DNA of 64,000 bases from Vulcanimicrobiota bacterium (GCA_050250895.1 JBFWNU010000005.1:320001-384000); one strand, 5' to 3'; shown: positions 36,189-46,386, counted from the stretch's first letter. The notes: generated from the sequence alone by a model not told the origin. Translations and numbers: made by a program.

Positions 36189-37238
36189 ATGCCTTCTTCT
36201 CGAGCCTCAACCGAGTTTCGTCTGAGCCTGGCCCAGTTGCGTGGGTTTTTTACCCAATTGCATCTGCTGGTCGACTCGGGCATTGGGCTCCTGGACGCCC
36301 TCGAGGCCATGGCCCGCGAGGCACCCGAGATCGACCAGACGGTGGAGCGAATCAACCTGAGGTTGCGGGCCGGCAGTGAACTCGAGGCGGCCTTCGCCAA
36401 AGCCTCGAGCAGCTTCGACCGGCTCACCATCGGATTGCTCCGTCTGGGGCGTGAAACGGGCATGCTGGCCAAGGTGTTGGGGCGTCTGGCCGAACGAAGC
36501 GAGGAGCGTTATCGACGCTTTCAGCATCTGCGCTCGGCTTTGAGCTATCCCGTTGGGATTCTCAGCCTGGCCGGGTTGTGTTGTCTGGTCATCACCTGGA
36601 TTCTGTTGCCGCAGCTCGCCTCGGTGCTCGAGAGCTTCGGAGCGGAGCCTCCGCTGCCCACCCGCATACTGCTAACGGTCGCCCACTATCGGTTCTGGCT
36701 GTTCAATCTGATGGCCGCTCCCCTGGTAGGTCTGGCCTTCTTCTACCGGTTCCGCCGCGAGCGTTGGGACCGCTGGTGGCGCGAGAGTCTCTTTCGGCTA
36801 CCGCTGGTGGGCAAGCTATGGGTAGCCCGGGGCCAGGCTGATCTGGCCGAAGACCTGGCTTTAGCCTCAGAGGCCGGCCTGGCTCTGGTCGAAGCCTTCC
36901 GTTTGCTGGCCCAGAGCAGCCAGGATCCCTTGCTCGGCCCGGCTCTCGCCCGGGTGGCCAGGGCTCTTGAGCACGGCGACGAGATGGAGCAAGCGCTGGC
37001 CCAGGAGGCGGCCCTGTCGTCCAATCTTCGCCATAGCCTGGTGGTCGGCCTGAACACGGGCAAGCTGGAAGTTCTTTTGAAAGCCACCGCGCGCAACCTG
37101 GAGGAAGAGTTGCGTTTTCGGACCGATCAGTTGCTGGCCTTGCTCGAGCCGATGGTGATGGCCGGTCTGGGCTGCATCACCGGCTTTGTGGTGGTGGCCA
37201 GCCTGTTGCCGATCTATTCCGTGGTCAACTCGGTTTAG
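36189..37238 (+). CDS. Type II secretion/type IV pilus platform protein (GspF/PilC family)
   Basis: QLHLLVDSGIGLLDAL, GRETGML, SALSYP, PLPTRILL and LLEP motifs. Confidence 0.9.
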   Translation: MPSSRASTEFRLSLAQLRGFFTQLHLLVDSGIGLLDALEAMAREAPEIDQTVERINLRLRAGSELEAAFAKASSSFDRLTIGLLRLGRETGMLAKVLGRLAERSEERYRRFQHLRSALSYPVGILSLAGLCCLVITWILLPQLASVLESFGAEPPLPTRILLTVAHYRFWLFNLMAAPLVGLAFFYRFRRERWDRWWRESLFRLPLVGKLWVARGQADLAEDLALASEAGLALVEAFRLLAQSSQDPLLGPALARVARALEHGDEMEQALAQEAALSSNLRHSLVVGLNTGKLEVLLKATARNLEEELRFRTDQLLALLEPMVMAGLGCITGFVVVASLLPIYSVVNSV

Positions 37239-38979
37239 CCTCGGGCAGCGGCAGATCGGCCCGAAAGAGGGCTCCCGACTCGACCTCGAGACACTCTAAC
37301 CGGCCGCCCAGTCGCTCGGCCATCTGGCTCGACAGATAGAGCCCCAGGCCGGTGCCGGCCCCGATAGGTTTGGTAGTGAAAAAGGCCTCGAAGATGGCTT
37401 GCCGCCGCTCGACCGGCACGCCCGGGCCGTTGTCTTTTACCTCGAGCCAGGCTCGGTCATGTTGGCGCATCAGGCTGAGCCGCAAGCGCCGGGGCGGCTC
37501 GACGGTGGCCAGCGCGTCGCAGGCGTTGAGCAACAGGTTGGTGACGATGCCGTAGAGGTCCAGGGGTTGGCCCCACAGTTGCAGATCGTCCCCCAGCTCG
37601 GATTCGAACTCGATATTCTCGCGCAGGCGCAGTTTGAGGACGGCCATTGCATCCTCGAGCACCTCGTGAGCCCAAAACAGGCTGGAGGGCTGTTCGGCCT
37701 GGTCCGGTCGGGCGTAAGAGTTGAGACGCTTGACCGTCTGTTGCGCTCGAGTCACCGCGCTCAGGATGCCCTTGAAGACCTCCTCCAGACGCTCGGGCTT
37801 GCGCGTGCCCAGGTTCTGCCCGTATTCGGCCGAAAGCCGAATGGCCCCCAGGGGAGTGTTCATTTCGTGGGCCACCCCGGCCGCCAGCCGGCCCACCGCC
37901 GCCAGTCGCCCCTGAGCCAGCATCTGGGTCTGGCTCTTGCGGGTCTCTTCGAGGGCGTCCACCACCTGCCCGTGCAGGCGCGCGTTTTCGAGACTGGTGG
38001 CCAGAATGCGGGCCAGCATCAGGGCCACTCTCTGCTCTTCGTCGGCGAGTTGACCGCTCACCAGCGGGGCCTGTCCTTCCAGGCTCGAGGGCAAGGCCAG
38101 ACCGGCCTGACAAGCAACCAGCTTGCCCTCAAGCCTGGCCTGGACCATCGCCCGAGTCACCTCTGGATCGGTTACCTCGTTTTCCCACTGCAGTCGGGCC
38201 TGGGGGAGCAGCTCGCGCAAGCTGACGGTGAAGGCCTGGCGCAGGCTGGGCAGGTCTTGCAAGACGGCCATGCGGTTGGCCGCTTGAATCAGGCCGGCCA
38301 GTCGTCCTTTCTCGCCCTCGGCCTGCTGCCAGGCTTGCTTGAAACGGTCAGCCCGAGCCTGGCTCTGGTCGGCTTTTCGATAGAGGCGAGTGAGGGTCGA
38401 AAAGAAGTCTTCGCGGGCGCAGGCCAGGGCGGCTACCAGAGGGAGCAGGGCTAATCCCGTCAGCGGCTGGGCGGCCAACAACTGGCCCCAGGCCAGGGCC
38501 ACTCCCGGGGCGGCCAGGACGATCAGCAAGTCTTCGCGGAAGGGGCCTTTGCGGGCCGGCACGAGAAAGGCCACGAGCAAATAGACCTGGCTGGCCAACA
38601 GAGCTTGAGCCCCATCGGCCGCGTCGGCTGCCACGGCAAAGGCAGCCGTCACCGGCAACAAACCGCGTCCGGCCTGCTGCACCAGCCCGGCGTCGAGGCG
38701 CTTGCGACCCAACAACATGAAGAGGGTGCCCAGCAACAGGCCAAGCAAGGCACACAGCTTGCCGGGTTGGGGCAGGTAGAGCCCGGCCAGGGCCACCGCC
38801 CCGCTCACCCGCGACACCCTTTGCCAGCCACAGACCAGCACCAGCAGGTCGGCGAAGACGACGGTCACCAGCATGAGAAAGTGGCCCATGGCCGGAGCGC
38901 CGGCCGCGGCCTGGCTGACGAACAAGCCTCCCGCCAGAAAAAGGCCCCACGGCCAGGCTGCCAGCAGAAAACGCTTCAC
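37225..38979 (-). CDS. Membrane sensor histidine kinase
   Basis: N-terminal transmembrane helices; AHEMNTPL, NLLLNACDA, DNGPG, FFTTK, GTGLGL. Confidence 0.93.
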   Translation of the reverse strand: MKRFLLAAWPWGLFLAGGLFVSQAAAGAPAMGHFLMLVTVVFADLLVLVCGWQRVSRVSGAVALAGLYLPQPGKLCALLGLLLGTLFMLLGRKRLDAGLVQQAGRGLLPVTAAFAVAADAADGAQALLASQVYLLVAFLVPARKGPFREDLLIVLAAPGVALAWGQLLAAQPLTGLALLPLVAALACAREDFFSTLTRLYRKADQSQARADRFKQAWQQAEGEKGRLAGLIQAANRMAVLQDLPSLRQAFTVSLRELLPQARLQWENEVTDPEVTRAMVQARLEGKLVACQAGLALPSSLEGQAPLVSGQLADEEQRVALMLARILATSLENARLHGQVVDALEETRKSQTQMLAQGRLAAVGRLAAGVAHEMNTPLGAIRLSAEYGQNLGTRKPERLEEVFKGILSAVTRAQQTVKRLNSYARPDQAEQPSSLFWAHEVLEDAMAVLKLRLRENIEFESELGDDLQLWGQPLDLYGIVTNLLLNACDALATVEPPRRLRLSLMRQHDRAWLEVKDNGPGVPVERRQAIFEAFFTTKPIGAGTGLGLYLSSQMAERLGGRLECLEVESGALFRADLPLPEAKPS

Positions 38980-41162
38980 ATTCCAAGTTTCGCCTTCTGC
39001 AAAGTTCGCACCAACTCGATGCTCGGTTCGCTGCCAAATTCGTTGAGCAGCAAAATGCGCACACGCTCATACTGGCGCACTGCCTCTTCGGGTCGACCCT
39101 CGGCGATGTAGGCCTCCATGGTGAGTCGGTGGGCATTCTGGTGGCTCGGTTCGAGTTCGAACAAGCGGCCTGCCAACTCGAGCGTCTCGCGGGGATGTCC
39201 CAGTTCCAGGCACAGTTCGGCCAATCGCTCGGTGAAGGTCTCGTATTTTAGCTCGTAGTGCCGGCGGGCCGGCAAGGCCCATTCCATCGGGCAGTCTTCA
39301 AGATAGGGTCCGCGATAGAGCCTGAGACTGTCCTTCCAGACTTCGCGCGCCGGGGCCGGTTGGCCGGCCTCGAGCAGGCGTTGGCCCTCTTCTAAGCCCT
39401 GGTCGAACTCCTCGAGGTCGCTCCAGGCCTCGAGTTCGGGATTGAGTCCCAGGCCGGTGCCTGAGCGGGTGAAAGGATCGACGGTCAGACCCAGCGCTTT
39501 GCGTGCGTCGCTGACGGCCTGGTAAAGGTTCTTGAGACCTCGCTCGGGAGCCGAACTGGGCCAGAACTGGTCGACCAAGGTCTCTTGAGGCACGGCCTTG
39601 CCGTTTCGCGCCGCCACGCAGGCGAGCAAAAAGCGAGCCTTCTGGGTTCTCCAGGCCCCGCTTTCGATGGGCTGGGCTCCCACGGCCACCTCGAAGCAAC
39701 CCAGGCTGGCCAGGCGCAGGCGAGGTCTGGCCTCGCTGCCGCGCAACTGGCGGGCCCGCTGACGGACCTGGGTCGAACTTGACTCGCTGAGCCTGTCGAG
39801 TACGGCCGGGCTTTCTCGGGCTAGTCGTTGCACGACCCTTCGGTGCAGACCAGTGTCCAGACTGGGAAGACGCTCCAGCAGAACCGGCAGCAGCCAGGGC
39901 GCGCAGGAAACCAGCAAATCATGCCGGTGCGGCTCCCCCAGCTTCTCCAGGGCCCGGTCGAGACCGGTCTGGTCGCCCTCACCCAGACACCACAGAGCGA
40001 TCGTCGCCTTGGCCCACAAGCCACCGTCGAGTTCGGCGGCGGCCTCGCGCAGCAAAGTCTTGCCCTCGAGAAAGCCACCCTGAATGGCCACCAACCCGGC
40101 TTCGAGGCGAAGCTCGGCGGCTTCTTGCCGGGCCAACCTGGGCAGCAGCCGCACCAATCCGTTGAGGGCCTGGCGGGCATGCTCGATAGCCCCCGAGCGC
40201 TGATGGAGCCGGGCCAGGCTCAGCCAGCCCTGGCCCCGGGTTCGGCTGGCGCCTTCGCCGGCCACCAGCCGGTTGAGGGCCTCTTCGGCGGCGGCCGGCT
40301 GGCCCGAGGCCATCAAGGCTCGGGCCAGTCCCAGCAAGGCGCCCTCAGAGTTGCGGCCCACCGCCTGGGTGGGGAGGCTACGATCGAGGAAGGCTTGACC
40401 CAGGGCGCCCGCGGGCTCGAGCCCTCGGGTCAGGGCCACGGCATAGGCCCCGATGCCCTCGGGACTTGGCTCAAACCCGGGTTGCTCGTCCAGGCGCCGG
40501 GCCAGCCCGACCACCTCGTCCGGCAGCGTCTGCACCAACAGGCTGCCGGGATCTTCGAACTCGTCACTCTGGCGCAACAGGTGCAGCAGCACGGCCGCCT
40601 CCAGGGTGCGGGCCGTCTCGGCCGAGAGCTGGTAGTGCAGGGCCACGCGATGAGCGGCCGAGGCCGCCTGGCGCCAATTCCAGGCCGACCCCACCGGCGA
40701 GAGATCGTGGGCTCCTGAAAGGCTGGCCAGGGCCCAGCTCGCCAGTTTCTGCCCGGCCACCTTCTGGCGTCTGAGGCTGCGCTTGCCCAGGGCCATCCTG
40801 ACCAGTCCCTCGAGGGCCGCCAGAAAGTCCTTCATGGCAAACGGCTTGCGCAGGTAGTCACCCACCCCCAGGCGGATGGCCCGGATCGAGTCAGCCTCAG
40901 AGGCGAAGCCGGTGATGACCAGACTCAACAGCTCGGGGTTGGCCTCCTTGAGTTGGCCTAGCACTTCCAGCCCGTCGGGACCTGGCAGGCGCACATCGAG
41001 TACCATGATTTCGGGGTCGAGAGCGGGCGCTTTCTCGAGAGCCTCGCGGGCGTCGGCGGCCACGGCCACCTGGTAGCCTTCGTCTTCGAGCAACCAGAAC
41101 AGGGCCTCGCGAAGCTCTACTTCGTCTTCGAGTATGAGCAGCCGCGGCGGTCCCTCTTCCAT
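38976..41162 (-). CDS. Response regulator with REC, TPR-like and winged-helix/BTAD (SARP-like) domains
   Basis: ILEDE, LDVRLPGPDG, KPF; C-terminal LGCFEV...WRTQKARFLL...LYRGPYLED...EPSIE. Confidence 0.88.
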   Translation of the reverse strand: MEEGPPRLLILEDEVELREALFWLLEDEGYQVAVAADAREALEKAPALDPEIMVLDVRLPGPDGLEVLGQLKEANPELLSLVITGFASEADSIRAIRLGVGDYLRKPFAMKDFLAALEGLVRMALGKRSLRRQKVAGQKLASWALASLSGAHDLSPVGSAWNWRQAASAAHRVALHYQLSAETARTLEAAVLLHLLRQSDEFEDPGSLLVQTLPDEVVGLARRLDEQPGFEPSPEGIGAYAVALTRGLEPAGALGQAFLDRSLPTQAVGRNSEGALLGLARALMASGQPAAAEEALNRLVAGEGASRTRGQGWLSLARLHQRSGAIEHARQALNGLVRLLPRLARQEAAELRLEAGLVAIQGGFLEGKTLLREAAAELDGGLWAKATIALWCLGEGDQTGLDRALEKLGEPHRHDLLVSCAPWLLPVLLERLPSLDTGLHRRVVQRLARESPAVLDRLSESSSTQVRQRARQLRGSEARPRLRLASLGCFEVAVGAQPIESGAWRTQKARFLLACVAARNGKAVPQETLVDQFWPSSAPERGLKNLYQAVSDARKALGLTVDPFTRSGTGLGLNPELEAWSDLEEFDQGLEEGQRLLEAGQPAPAREVWKDSLRLYRGPYLEDCPMEWALPARRHYELKYETFTERLAELCLELGHPRETLELAGRLFELEPSHQNAHRLTMEAYIAEGRPEEAVRQYERVRILLLNEFGSEPSIELVRTLQKAKLGM

Positions 41163-41175
41163 CCCTAACGGTTTA

Positions 41176-42321
41176 TCAGGCTTCTCGCCCTTCCCTGCGG
41201 GCCTGGCGGGCTAGCTTGAGAATGGCCCGCAGGCGGCCCAGCAGTGATGTGGTCAGGCGCGGGTCCAGGCGACTCAGGTTCTCCCACTCCGAACGCTCTT
41301 CGAGCAAAGCGAGCAGACGTTGCACTACTCCCCAGGTGACCGACTGGATGCGCCTCAGGTGGGCCGCGTTGTAGTCGCTCTCTCGGGGGGCGAAGCCGGT
41401 CAGGTCGGTGTCGGGGTTCTCGACCATCGCGAAGGCTTCCACTCCAGGCAAGCCCAGGTCGTGGCGAACGATCGCCTCAAGACTCAGACCGTCGCTCACC
41501 AGGTGGATTCGGCTCGGCCCCTTCAGCTCTATGGGTAGGCGGATGGCCAATCCCGCCCTGGCTGGAGTAAAAGGCCAGCCAAAGAGGTCGAGCACCAGGG
41601 GCGTGCCCGCGCTTTGTCTGAGATAGACAAGATCGAGGCGCCGGTATGTGTCCCCATCGGGCAGCTTGACTCGCAACCCGCTCTCATTGGGCAGATAGGC
41701 GTCGCAAAGCGATTCTGGTCTCGGCCAGACGGCTTGCAAGGGCTGGCCATCGACGAATACCGGCACGGGTGACCAGCGATGGCGCTCGAGGGCGGAGCCC
41801 TCTTTTCGCGTCGTCAGGCCGCCATACCAGGGCTTACTCAGTTCGAAGCGGCAATCGCCCGGGGCCACCGGACAATCTTCGACTGTAGTCGCTCGCAGGC
41901 CACGCTTGGGATGAGCCTCGAGTAAGCAGGCGCCCCGGCCCGTCGTCAGCACCAGCCGGGCCGAACGGTGACTTCGCAAGCTGGCAGCTAGACCCTGACC
42001 CAGATGTCGTAAGGCTCGATGGCCGGCCGCCAGCGGGTTCTCGAGGGCGGCCATCACGGCGTGCAGATCGCCGAAACTGCTCGGCTGGCGAAAGTCGACT
42101 CGCACCAGCCTTCGACCGTGGCTGACCTCGACCTGAGTCGAATCGGCGGCAATGCCAGCCTGGATCAACTTGCAGAGAAAAAGCTCCGGGGACGGAAGGG
42201 TGAATTGGCCTAGCTTGGCCTTCAGATTGGAGGCGTCGAGAGTGAAGGCGCCCTCTGACTCGAAGCGGCCGGATCCGGCCATCTTTTCGAGAAATTCGTC
42301 GAGTTCGCTCCTTTCGTCCAC
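41176..42321 (-). CDS. Hypothetical protein with divergent GHKL/HATPase-like N-terminus
   Basis: SEGAFTLD...FLCKLIQAGIAADST pattern; TGcTAGAAT lies 6 nt before the GTG. Confidence 0.55.
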   Translation of the reverse strand: MDERSELDEFLEKMAGSGRFESEGAFTLDASNLKAKLGQFTLPSPELFLCKLIQAGIAADSTQVEVSHGRRLVRVDFRQPSSFGDLHAVMAALENPLAAGHRALRHLGQGLAASLRSHRSARLVLTTGRGACLLEAHPKRGLRATTVEDCPVAPGDCRFELSKPWYGGLTTRKEGSALERHRWSPVPVFVDGQPLQAVWPRPESLCDAYLPNESGLRVKLPDGDTYRRLDLVYLRQSAGTPLVLDLFGWPFTPARAGLAIRLPIELKGPSRIHLVSDGLSLEAIVRHDLGLPGVEAFAMVENPDTDLTGFAPRESDYNAAHLRRIQSVTWGVVQRLLALLEERSEWENLSRLDPRLTTSLLGRLRAILKLARQARREGREA

Positions 42322-42436
42322 CGCCAGATTCTAGCACAAGGCGGCTCCACCAGGTTGAGCACTCGCTTGCAACACCGCAGGCCGGCCAACTCGAAGCCAC
42401 CGAGATGGGACCGACGGATCTCGCGGCGGTGCGCCC

Positions 42437-42518
42437 ATCCATCCCCTGTGGCTGCGTTCCGCTTCCCTTACATGTTGCCATATGCGCGGTCAGACGTGCC
42501 TTGCCACAGGGGCGCCTC
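42437..42518. repeat. Second copy of the MITE core hairpin (no outer TIRs)
   Basis: ATCCATCCCCTGTGGCTGCGTT...GCCTTGCCACAGGGGCGCCTC, near-identical to 31513-31595 and in the same orientation. Confidence 0.85.
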
Positions 42519-42626
42519 GACACCGGCGATTGGTGACCAGCACGGACCTGCAACTTGCGGCAATCTGATGTTTGCTCGCTTCGAGCCCCGGGCACATGAA
42601 GTGAAAACCTCTCAGGGAGTAGAGCT

Positions 42627-43559
42627 TTGCTATCTAACAAGATCTCTCAGGCCACCCCGGTGGCCGGGGTCGACCTCGACGGGTTCGGCCCTAAACAGTC
42701 CGGTAAGGTGCGTGACGCCTATCTGCTGGACGGACGCCGCATTTTGATCACCACCGACCGGGTGTCGGCTTTCGACCGCGTGGTCGGATTGATTCCTTTC
42801 AAAGGCCAGGTGCTCAACCGCCTGACCAATTGGTGGTTCGAAAAGACCAAAGACCTGGTCTCGAACCATCTGCTCGAGAGCCCCCACCCCAACGTGGCCG
42901 TGGTGCGTGACGCCGAGCCGCTGCCGGTGGAAGTGATCGTGCGCGGCTACATTACCGGTGTCACCGGCACCTCGCTGTGGACCCTCTACCACAAAGGCGT
43001 GGACAAGCCTTATGGGCTGGACCTGCCGGCCGGGTTAAAAAAGAACGACAAGTTGCCCGAGAACGTCATCACCCCCACCACCAAGGGCGGCCCCGGCCAA
43101 AAGGACGAGCGCCTCACCTGTGCCGAGGTGGTCGAGCGCGGTCTGGTCAGCGCCGAGCTGTGGGCCGAAGTCGAGCGAGTAGCCCTCGAGCTGTTTCGCC
43201 GCGGCCAGGAAGTGGCCGAGAAGGCCGGTTTGATTTTGGTCGACACCAAGTACGAGTTCGGCCTCATCGACGGCAAGCTGAGCCTCATCGACGAGGTGCA
43301 CACGCCCGACTCCAGCCGTTACTGGCTGGCCGGCACCCAGGCCGACCCGGTCTATCGCGACAAAGAATTGTTGCGTCTGTGGCTGGCCGAGGTCGGTTTC
43401 ACCGGCGAGGGTGAGTCGCCGCCGATTCCCCAGGAGAAAGCCAACGAGATGGCCCAGGTCTATTGCGAACTGTTCGAGCAGCTGACCGGCGAGACCATCG
43501 AAGTTCCTGGCAAGTCTATCGAAGAAGCCATGCTCGGCCTGAAGTCGGGGGTGGCCTAA
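42627..43559 (+). CDS. purC: SAICAR synthetase
   Basis: GKVRDAY, TDRVSAFD, PVEVIVRGY, DTKYEFG, DEVHTPDSSRYW. Confidence 0.96.
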   Translation: MLSNKISQATPVAGVDLDGFGPKQSGKVRDAYLLDGRRILITTDRVSAFDRVVGLIPFKGQVLNRLTNWWFEKTKDLVSNHLLESPHPNVAVVRDAEPLPVEVIVRGYITGVTGTSLWTLYHKGVDKPYGLDLPAGLKKNDKLPENVITPTTKGGPGQKDERLTCAEVVERGLVSAELWAEVERVALELFRRGQEVAEKAGLILVDTKYEFGLIDGKLSLIDEVHTPDSSRYWLAGTQADPVYRDKELLRLWLAEVGFTGEGESPPIPQEKANEMAQVYCELFEQLTGETIEVPGKSIEEAMLGLKSGVA

Positions 43560-44051
43560 ATGAAACCGCTCGTTCCCATTTTGATGGGCTCCGGTCGCGA
43601 CCTCGACCGGGGCAAAGCGATTGCCAAGCACCTCGAGAAGTTCGGCCTCGAATCAGAGATTCGGGTCTGTTCGGCTCACAAGACTCCTGAGCACGCCCTC
43701 AACATCCTGAAGGCTTACGAGGCCGACGGGCGGCCCAAGGTCTATGTGACCATCGCCGGCCGCTCCAACGCTTTGAGCGGCTTTGTTGACGGTCAGGTCA
43801 AGGCGCCCGTGGTGGGCTGCCCGCCGCTTTCGGCTGATTATGCCGGTATCGACGTGTGGTCGACCCTGCGGATGCCGTCGGGGGTGGCTCCGGCGACCGT
43901 GCTCGAGCCCGAAGCCACGGCTTTGCTATGCGCCAAGATGCTGGCTTTAGCCGTGCCCGGATTGGCCGACAAGGTCGGTGACTATCAGCAACGGATGCGC
44001 AAGGAAGTGACCGAGTCCGACGCCGGGCTTCGTCCCGCCGAGGTAGGTTAG
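43560..44051 (+). CDS. purE: AIR carboxylase family protein (class II-like PurE)
   Basis: ILMGS..D, SAHKTP, AGRSNALSG, STLRMPSG. Confidence 0.93.
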   Translation: MKPLVPILMGSGRDLDRGKAIAKHLEKFGLESEIRVCSAHKTPEHALNILKAYEADGRPKVYVTIAGRSNALSGFVDGQVKAPVVGCPPLSADYAGIDVWSTLRMPSGVAPATVLEPEATALLCAKMLALAVPGLADKVGDYQQRMRKEVTESDAGLRPAEVG

Positions 44052-45527
44052 ATGATCGAACAGGGTCCCCGCGAGGCCTGCGGCGTTTTCGGGATCTATG
44101 CTCCCGGACGCGACGTGGCCCGCATGACGTTCTTTGCTCTTTACGCCCTGCAACATCGGGGCCAGGAGAGCGCCGGTATCGTTACCTGTGACGGCAAGGG
44201 GGCCATGTTGCACAAGGGCATGGGGTTGGTCTCGCAGGTTTTCAACGAGGCCAACCTCAAGCCGCTGGGCGGCCATCTGGCCGTGGGTCACACCCGCTAC
44301 TCGACCACCGGATCGTCGCATCCGCGCAATGCCCAACCCATCGTCATCGAGACCATCCATGGTCCGCTGGGGGTGGCCCACAACGGGAACCTGGTCAACA
44401 CCCGCGAGCTGCGTCAAAAGCTGCTCGAACGCGGGGTGGGGCTGGTGTCGGGCAGCGATTCCGAGGCTATCACCCAGATTCTGGCCGCTCCTCCCGAGGT
44501 TTGGGGCGAGCACGGCGACGACGAGGGCGACCGCTGGTTGGCTTCCATTCGCGCTTTGATGCGAGTGGCCAAAGGCTCTTACTGCCTGACCATCTTGACC
44601 CGCAAGGCCATTTACGCCGTGCGCGACCCGATGGGCATTCGGCCGCTCTGCCTGGGCGAGGTCGACACCGGCTGGGCGGTGGCCTCCGAGTCGTGTGCTC
44701 TCGAGACCATCGGAGCTCGCCTGCTGCGCGAGGTCGAACCCGGCGAGATCGTGCGCATCGACAAACGCGGCATCCAGTCGTTTCGCGGGGCCGAGCCCGA
44801 ACGCCGGGCTTTCTGCGTGTTTGAATATGTCTATCTGGCCAGGCCAGACTCGATCATCGAGGGGCGAGGGGTGCACGAGGTGCGCCGACGCTTCGGCGAA
44901 GCTCTGGCCCGTGAAGCTCCAGTCGAGGCCGATGTGGTGGTGGGCGTGCCCGACTCGGCCATCTCGGCGGCTATCGGTTACAGCCTTGCCTCGGGTATTC
45001 CTTATACCGAAGGCTTGATCAAGAACCGCTACATCGGGCGCACCTTCATCCAGCCGGACGATGCCTTGCGCAAAGTCGGGGTGGGCCTCAAATACAATCC
45101 GCTTCACTCTAACCTCGAGGGCAAGCGAGTAGTGCTGGTGGACGACTCCATCGTGCGCGGGAACACGGCCGGGCCGCTGGTCGACCTGCTGCGTTCGGGC
45201 GGGGCCGCCGAGGTGCATGTGCGAGTCGCCTCGCCACCGGTGCGGCACCCTTGCTTTCTGGGGGTCGATATGGCCACCCGCAATGAACTGGTGGCGCACC
45301 GCCTCGACGTGGAAGGCATTCGCAAGTGGATTCGCGCCGACAGCCTGGCCTATCTGACCCACGAAGGCATGTTGGAGGCGGTGGGCGAGGGCCTCGACGA
45401 TCGCAGGGGGCGTTGCACAGCCTGCTTCTCGGGCAGCTATCCGATGCCGATTCCCGAGCGCTTGTTCGCCGAAGAGAGCGAGAAAGAAGTGCTCGAGACT
45501 GTCTGGCAGCAGAAGGCTGGCGTCTAG
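44052..45527 (+). CDS. purF: Amidophosphoribosyltransferase
   Basis: Propeptide plus CGVFG, QHRGQESAG, GHTRYST, HNGN, VDDSIVRG, Fe-S Cys motif CTACF. Confidence 0.97.
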   Translation: MIEQGPREACGVFGIYAPGRDVARMTFFALYALQHRGQESAGIVTCDGKGAMLHKGMGLVSQVFNEANLKPLGGHLAVGHTRYSTTGSSHPRNAQPIVIETIHGPLGVAHNGNLVNTRELRQKLLERGVGLVSGSDSEAITQILAAPPEVWGEHGDDEGDRWLASIRALMRVAKGSYCLTILTRKAIYAVRDPMGIRPLCLGEVDTGWAVASESCALETIGARLLREVEPGEIVRIDKRGIQSFRGAEPERRAFCVFEYVYLARPDSIIEGRGVHEVRRRFGEALAREAPVEADVVVGVPDSAISAAIGYSLASGIPYTEGLIKNRYIGRTFIQPDDALRKVGVGLKYNPLHSNLEGKRVVLVDDSIVRGNTAGPLVDLLRSGGAAEVHVRVASPPVRHPCFLGVDMATRNELVAHRLDVEGIRKWIRADSLAYLTHEGMLEAVGEGLDDRRGRCTACFSGSYPMPIPERLFAEESEKEVLETVWQQKAGV

Positions 45528-45534
45528 CAAAAAT

Positions 45535-45561
45535 AAGGCCAGTCCTGGCTGGACTGGCTTT
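45535..45561. terminator. Probable (bidirectional) intrinsic terminator after purF
   Basis: AAGGCCAGTCC-tggct-GGACTGGCTTT hairpin preceded by an A-tract, between convergent genes. Confidence 0.6.
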
Positions 45562-45613
45562 CTCGAGTCTCTCGGACGAGTCGGGGAGGGGAAGCGACCC
45601 GTCCTTTCCAAAC

Positions 45614-45823
45614 TTAGCCGATGTAGTGGCTGGTGTCGGCCGGAGCCGACTTCTTCTGGGCTTCTACCGAGGCCCAGAATCCCGGCTGCTGGTGGGCGCC
45701 GATGCCCACCGCCATACCGGCACTGCCACGCTGATCCCAGGAAAACTGTTCGATACGGTTGGACTTGTCCTTGCCGAAGGGGATCGCTCCGGATGGTGTC
45801 CAGTTATAGGTTACGTGAGTCAC
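45614..45823 (-). CDS. Small hypothetical protein
   Basis: 69 aa; GAGAGG RBS-like sequence upstream of the GTG; fills the gap between purF and the divergent gene. Confidence 0.5.
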   Translation of the reverse strand: MTHVTYNWTPSGAIPFGKDKSNRIEQFSWDQRGSAGMAVGIGAHQQPGFWASVEAQKKSAPADTSHYIG

Positions 45824-45981
45824 GAGCCTGACCTCTCTCTGCCGTGGTGCTTGATTTCATTAAACGGTACCCGATTGGCGTTCTCCTTGGTGGTCGATTC
45901 TTGAATATGAACACAGTGTTAAAGGTGTGTTGCCGGCTTGTGAACAACATGGCGGGGACGTTGGGGGACAAATCTATCTAG

Positions 45982-46386
45982 ATGCAGACCTTTGTAGTGC
46001 CGAGACGGTTTGGCGGCTCGCCGATGCGCGAGATGATCGAACTGGTATTACCAGTTCTCAAAGGCATTTTTGGGGCTCCCGTGGGCGAGCCGGACTGGCA
46101 TCACTTCGCCAACGCCAAGTCGATGAAGATCGGAATGCCGGTGGGTCCTCACCTGGCCGGGGAGTGCGGCCTGGGCATCGTCGACCCTTACGCTGGCGGG
46201 GTCGATTGGTGGGAGCGCTTCGAAGCCCGTGGCTTCGAGGGCCTGACTTTCAATCTTACCCTGGAGGACCACGTGAGGTCACACAGCGAGTTGCGTTTGG
46301 ATCTGGAGGGTCCCGAGGAGGTGGTCGAGCCGATTCGCAGCGCCCTGGCGCCGGTGCTGGCTCGGCTGGTCCTTGGTCGGAATTGA
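45982..46386 (+). CDS. Hypothetical protein
   Basis: 134-aa ORF with GC3-rich codon usage. Confidence 0.55.
   Translation: MQTFVVPRRFGGSPMREMIELVLPVLKGIFGAPVGEPDWHHFANAKSMKIGMPVGPHLAGECGLGIVDPYAGGVDWWERFEARGFEGLTFNLTLEDHVRSHSELRLDLEGPEEVVEPIRSALAPVLARLVLGRN

Noticed and set aside
42330-42626. Purine or ZTP riboswitch upstream of purC
   Set aside because: No recognisable consensus; the structured part is the dispersed repeat also found at 31513.
1392-45611. Long antisense ORFs (e.g. 1392-2960, 27143-28669, 43947-45611)
   Set aside because: Shadow frames opposite well-supported genes in high-GC DNA.
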